Source of the DNA: Prorocentrum cordatum
Taxonomy: Eukaryota
Direction of reading: 5' to 3'
DNA: 64,000 nt
Assembly (NCBI GenBank): GCA_963575745.1
Contig: CAUYUJ010000166.1
Coordinates: 1 to 64,000 of the forward strand
The notes below the pieces were generated by a model. The model was not told where the DNA came from and ran no database searches. It saw nothing but the letters and a program-made list of their open reading frames with translations. Shown here in pieces: positions 63,287 to 64,000 of the stretch. The position numbers were made by a program, and so were the translations under genes. Position 1 is the stretch's first letter, and every line of letters begins with the position of its first letter.

Positions 63287-63521
63287 GTTCGCGACTGGGG
63301 TTGGGCAGAATGTATGGTAAAAAATATGGGATTCTGATAAATGAAATTCGCATGATCAGGATATAGTGTTTTTTGACAGGGATCAGCCTGGCCCGTTTAT
63401 AGACCCGGTCACGATCCATTGTAAAACACATCGTTTTCAGAGCACATAGAGAGCGCATGATCAGGAAATAATGTTTTTGCAAGGGATGGAGGCCGGACCG
63501 CATAGCGCCCGGTTTTGAAGG

Positions 63522-63628
63522 ATTTAGGGTATAATAATAGTAGAGATTAGAGATTTAGGGTCTAGGGTTTAGGGTTAGGGTTAGGGTTAGGGTTAGGGTT
63601 AGGGTTTAGGGTTTAGGGTTTAGGGTCT
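63522..63628 (+). repeat. Telomeric-like tract
   Basis: TTTAGGG/TTAGGG, degenerate at the left edge. Confidence 0.93.
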
Positions 63629-64000
63629 AACAGGGCAAGGCCAAGAATACCTACCTGCATAGGCACCCACCTGCGGTGGCTATCAATCCCCCCCGCATCT
63701 CCACCCCCACATAAAGATCATCTCTCCTCTCATGTTATACCCTAGCGGGCGGGTCGTGCGGGCGGGACCCTAACGGGCGGGTCGGGTCGGGTCGGGCGGG
63801 CCCTAGCGGGCGGGTCGGGTCGGGCGGGCGGGACATTAAAGTATGGTGCGTGTGCACTTGACACGCGTGAACCCTAACGGGCGGGTCGGGTCGGGCGGGC
63901 GGACCCTAGCGGGTCGGGTCGGGTCGGGCGGGCCCTAGCGGGCGGGTCGGGTCGGGCGGGCGGGACATTAGAGCATGGTGCGTGTGCGCTTGACACGCGT
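63629..64000 (+). repeat. Second motif C followed by GGGCGGGTC-rich repeat, running off the window
   Basis: See 62440-62562 and 21340-21705. Confidence 0.85.

Overview
GC-rich, repeat-dense eukaryotic DNA, almost certainly from a dinoflagellate: three relics of the 22-nt dinoflagellate spliced leader (DCCGTAGCCATTTTGGCTCAAG) precede intronless ORFs, and TTTAGGG/TTAGGG tracts are present. The left two thirds contain microsatellite fields, a decayed full-length LINE (ORF1, APE, RT, RNase H; 3212-10010), a 90-bp satellite, a decayed SL-relic retrocopy, a full-length Ty1/copia element with 144-bp LTRs (25986-32379), a truncated LINE carrying a C5 DNA methyltransferase domain, and an intact SL-relic retrogene for a 7-repeat FG-GAP-like propeller protein (36885-38822). 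The right third is the most interesting part: a head-to-tail array of units separated by telomeric-repeat tracts. Two units encode diverged Helitron2/Helentron-like HUH-Rep + PIF1 helicase proteins. One 13.8-kb unit (48536-62317) and a 2.9-kb non-coding unit (45446-48302) share the same 5' end and the same 3' GC hairpin, each abutting TTTAGGG repeats, suggesting a telomeric-repeat-targeting rolling-circle transposon family. Its RepHel carries an inserted ASCH (PUA-like) domain, is split in frame by a 2.3-kb TIR element with an 8-bp TSD, and travels with an SL-relic cargo gene. Decayed catalytic motifs across unrelated elements repeatedly show AC->GC changes. All family assignments are by motif recognition by eye; no searches were run.
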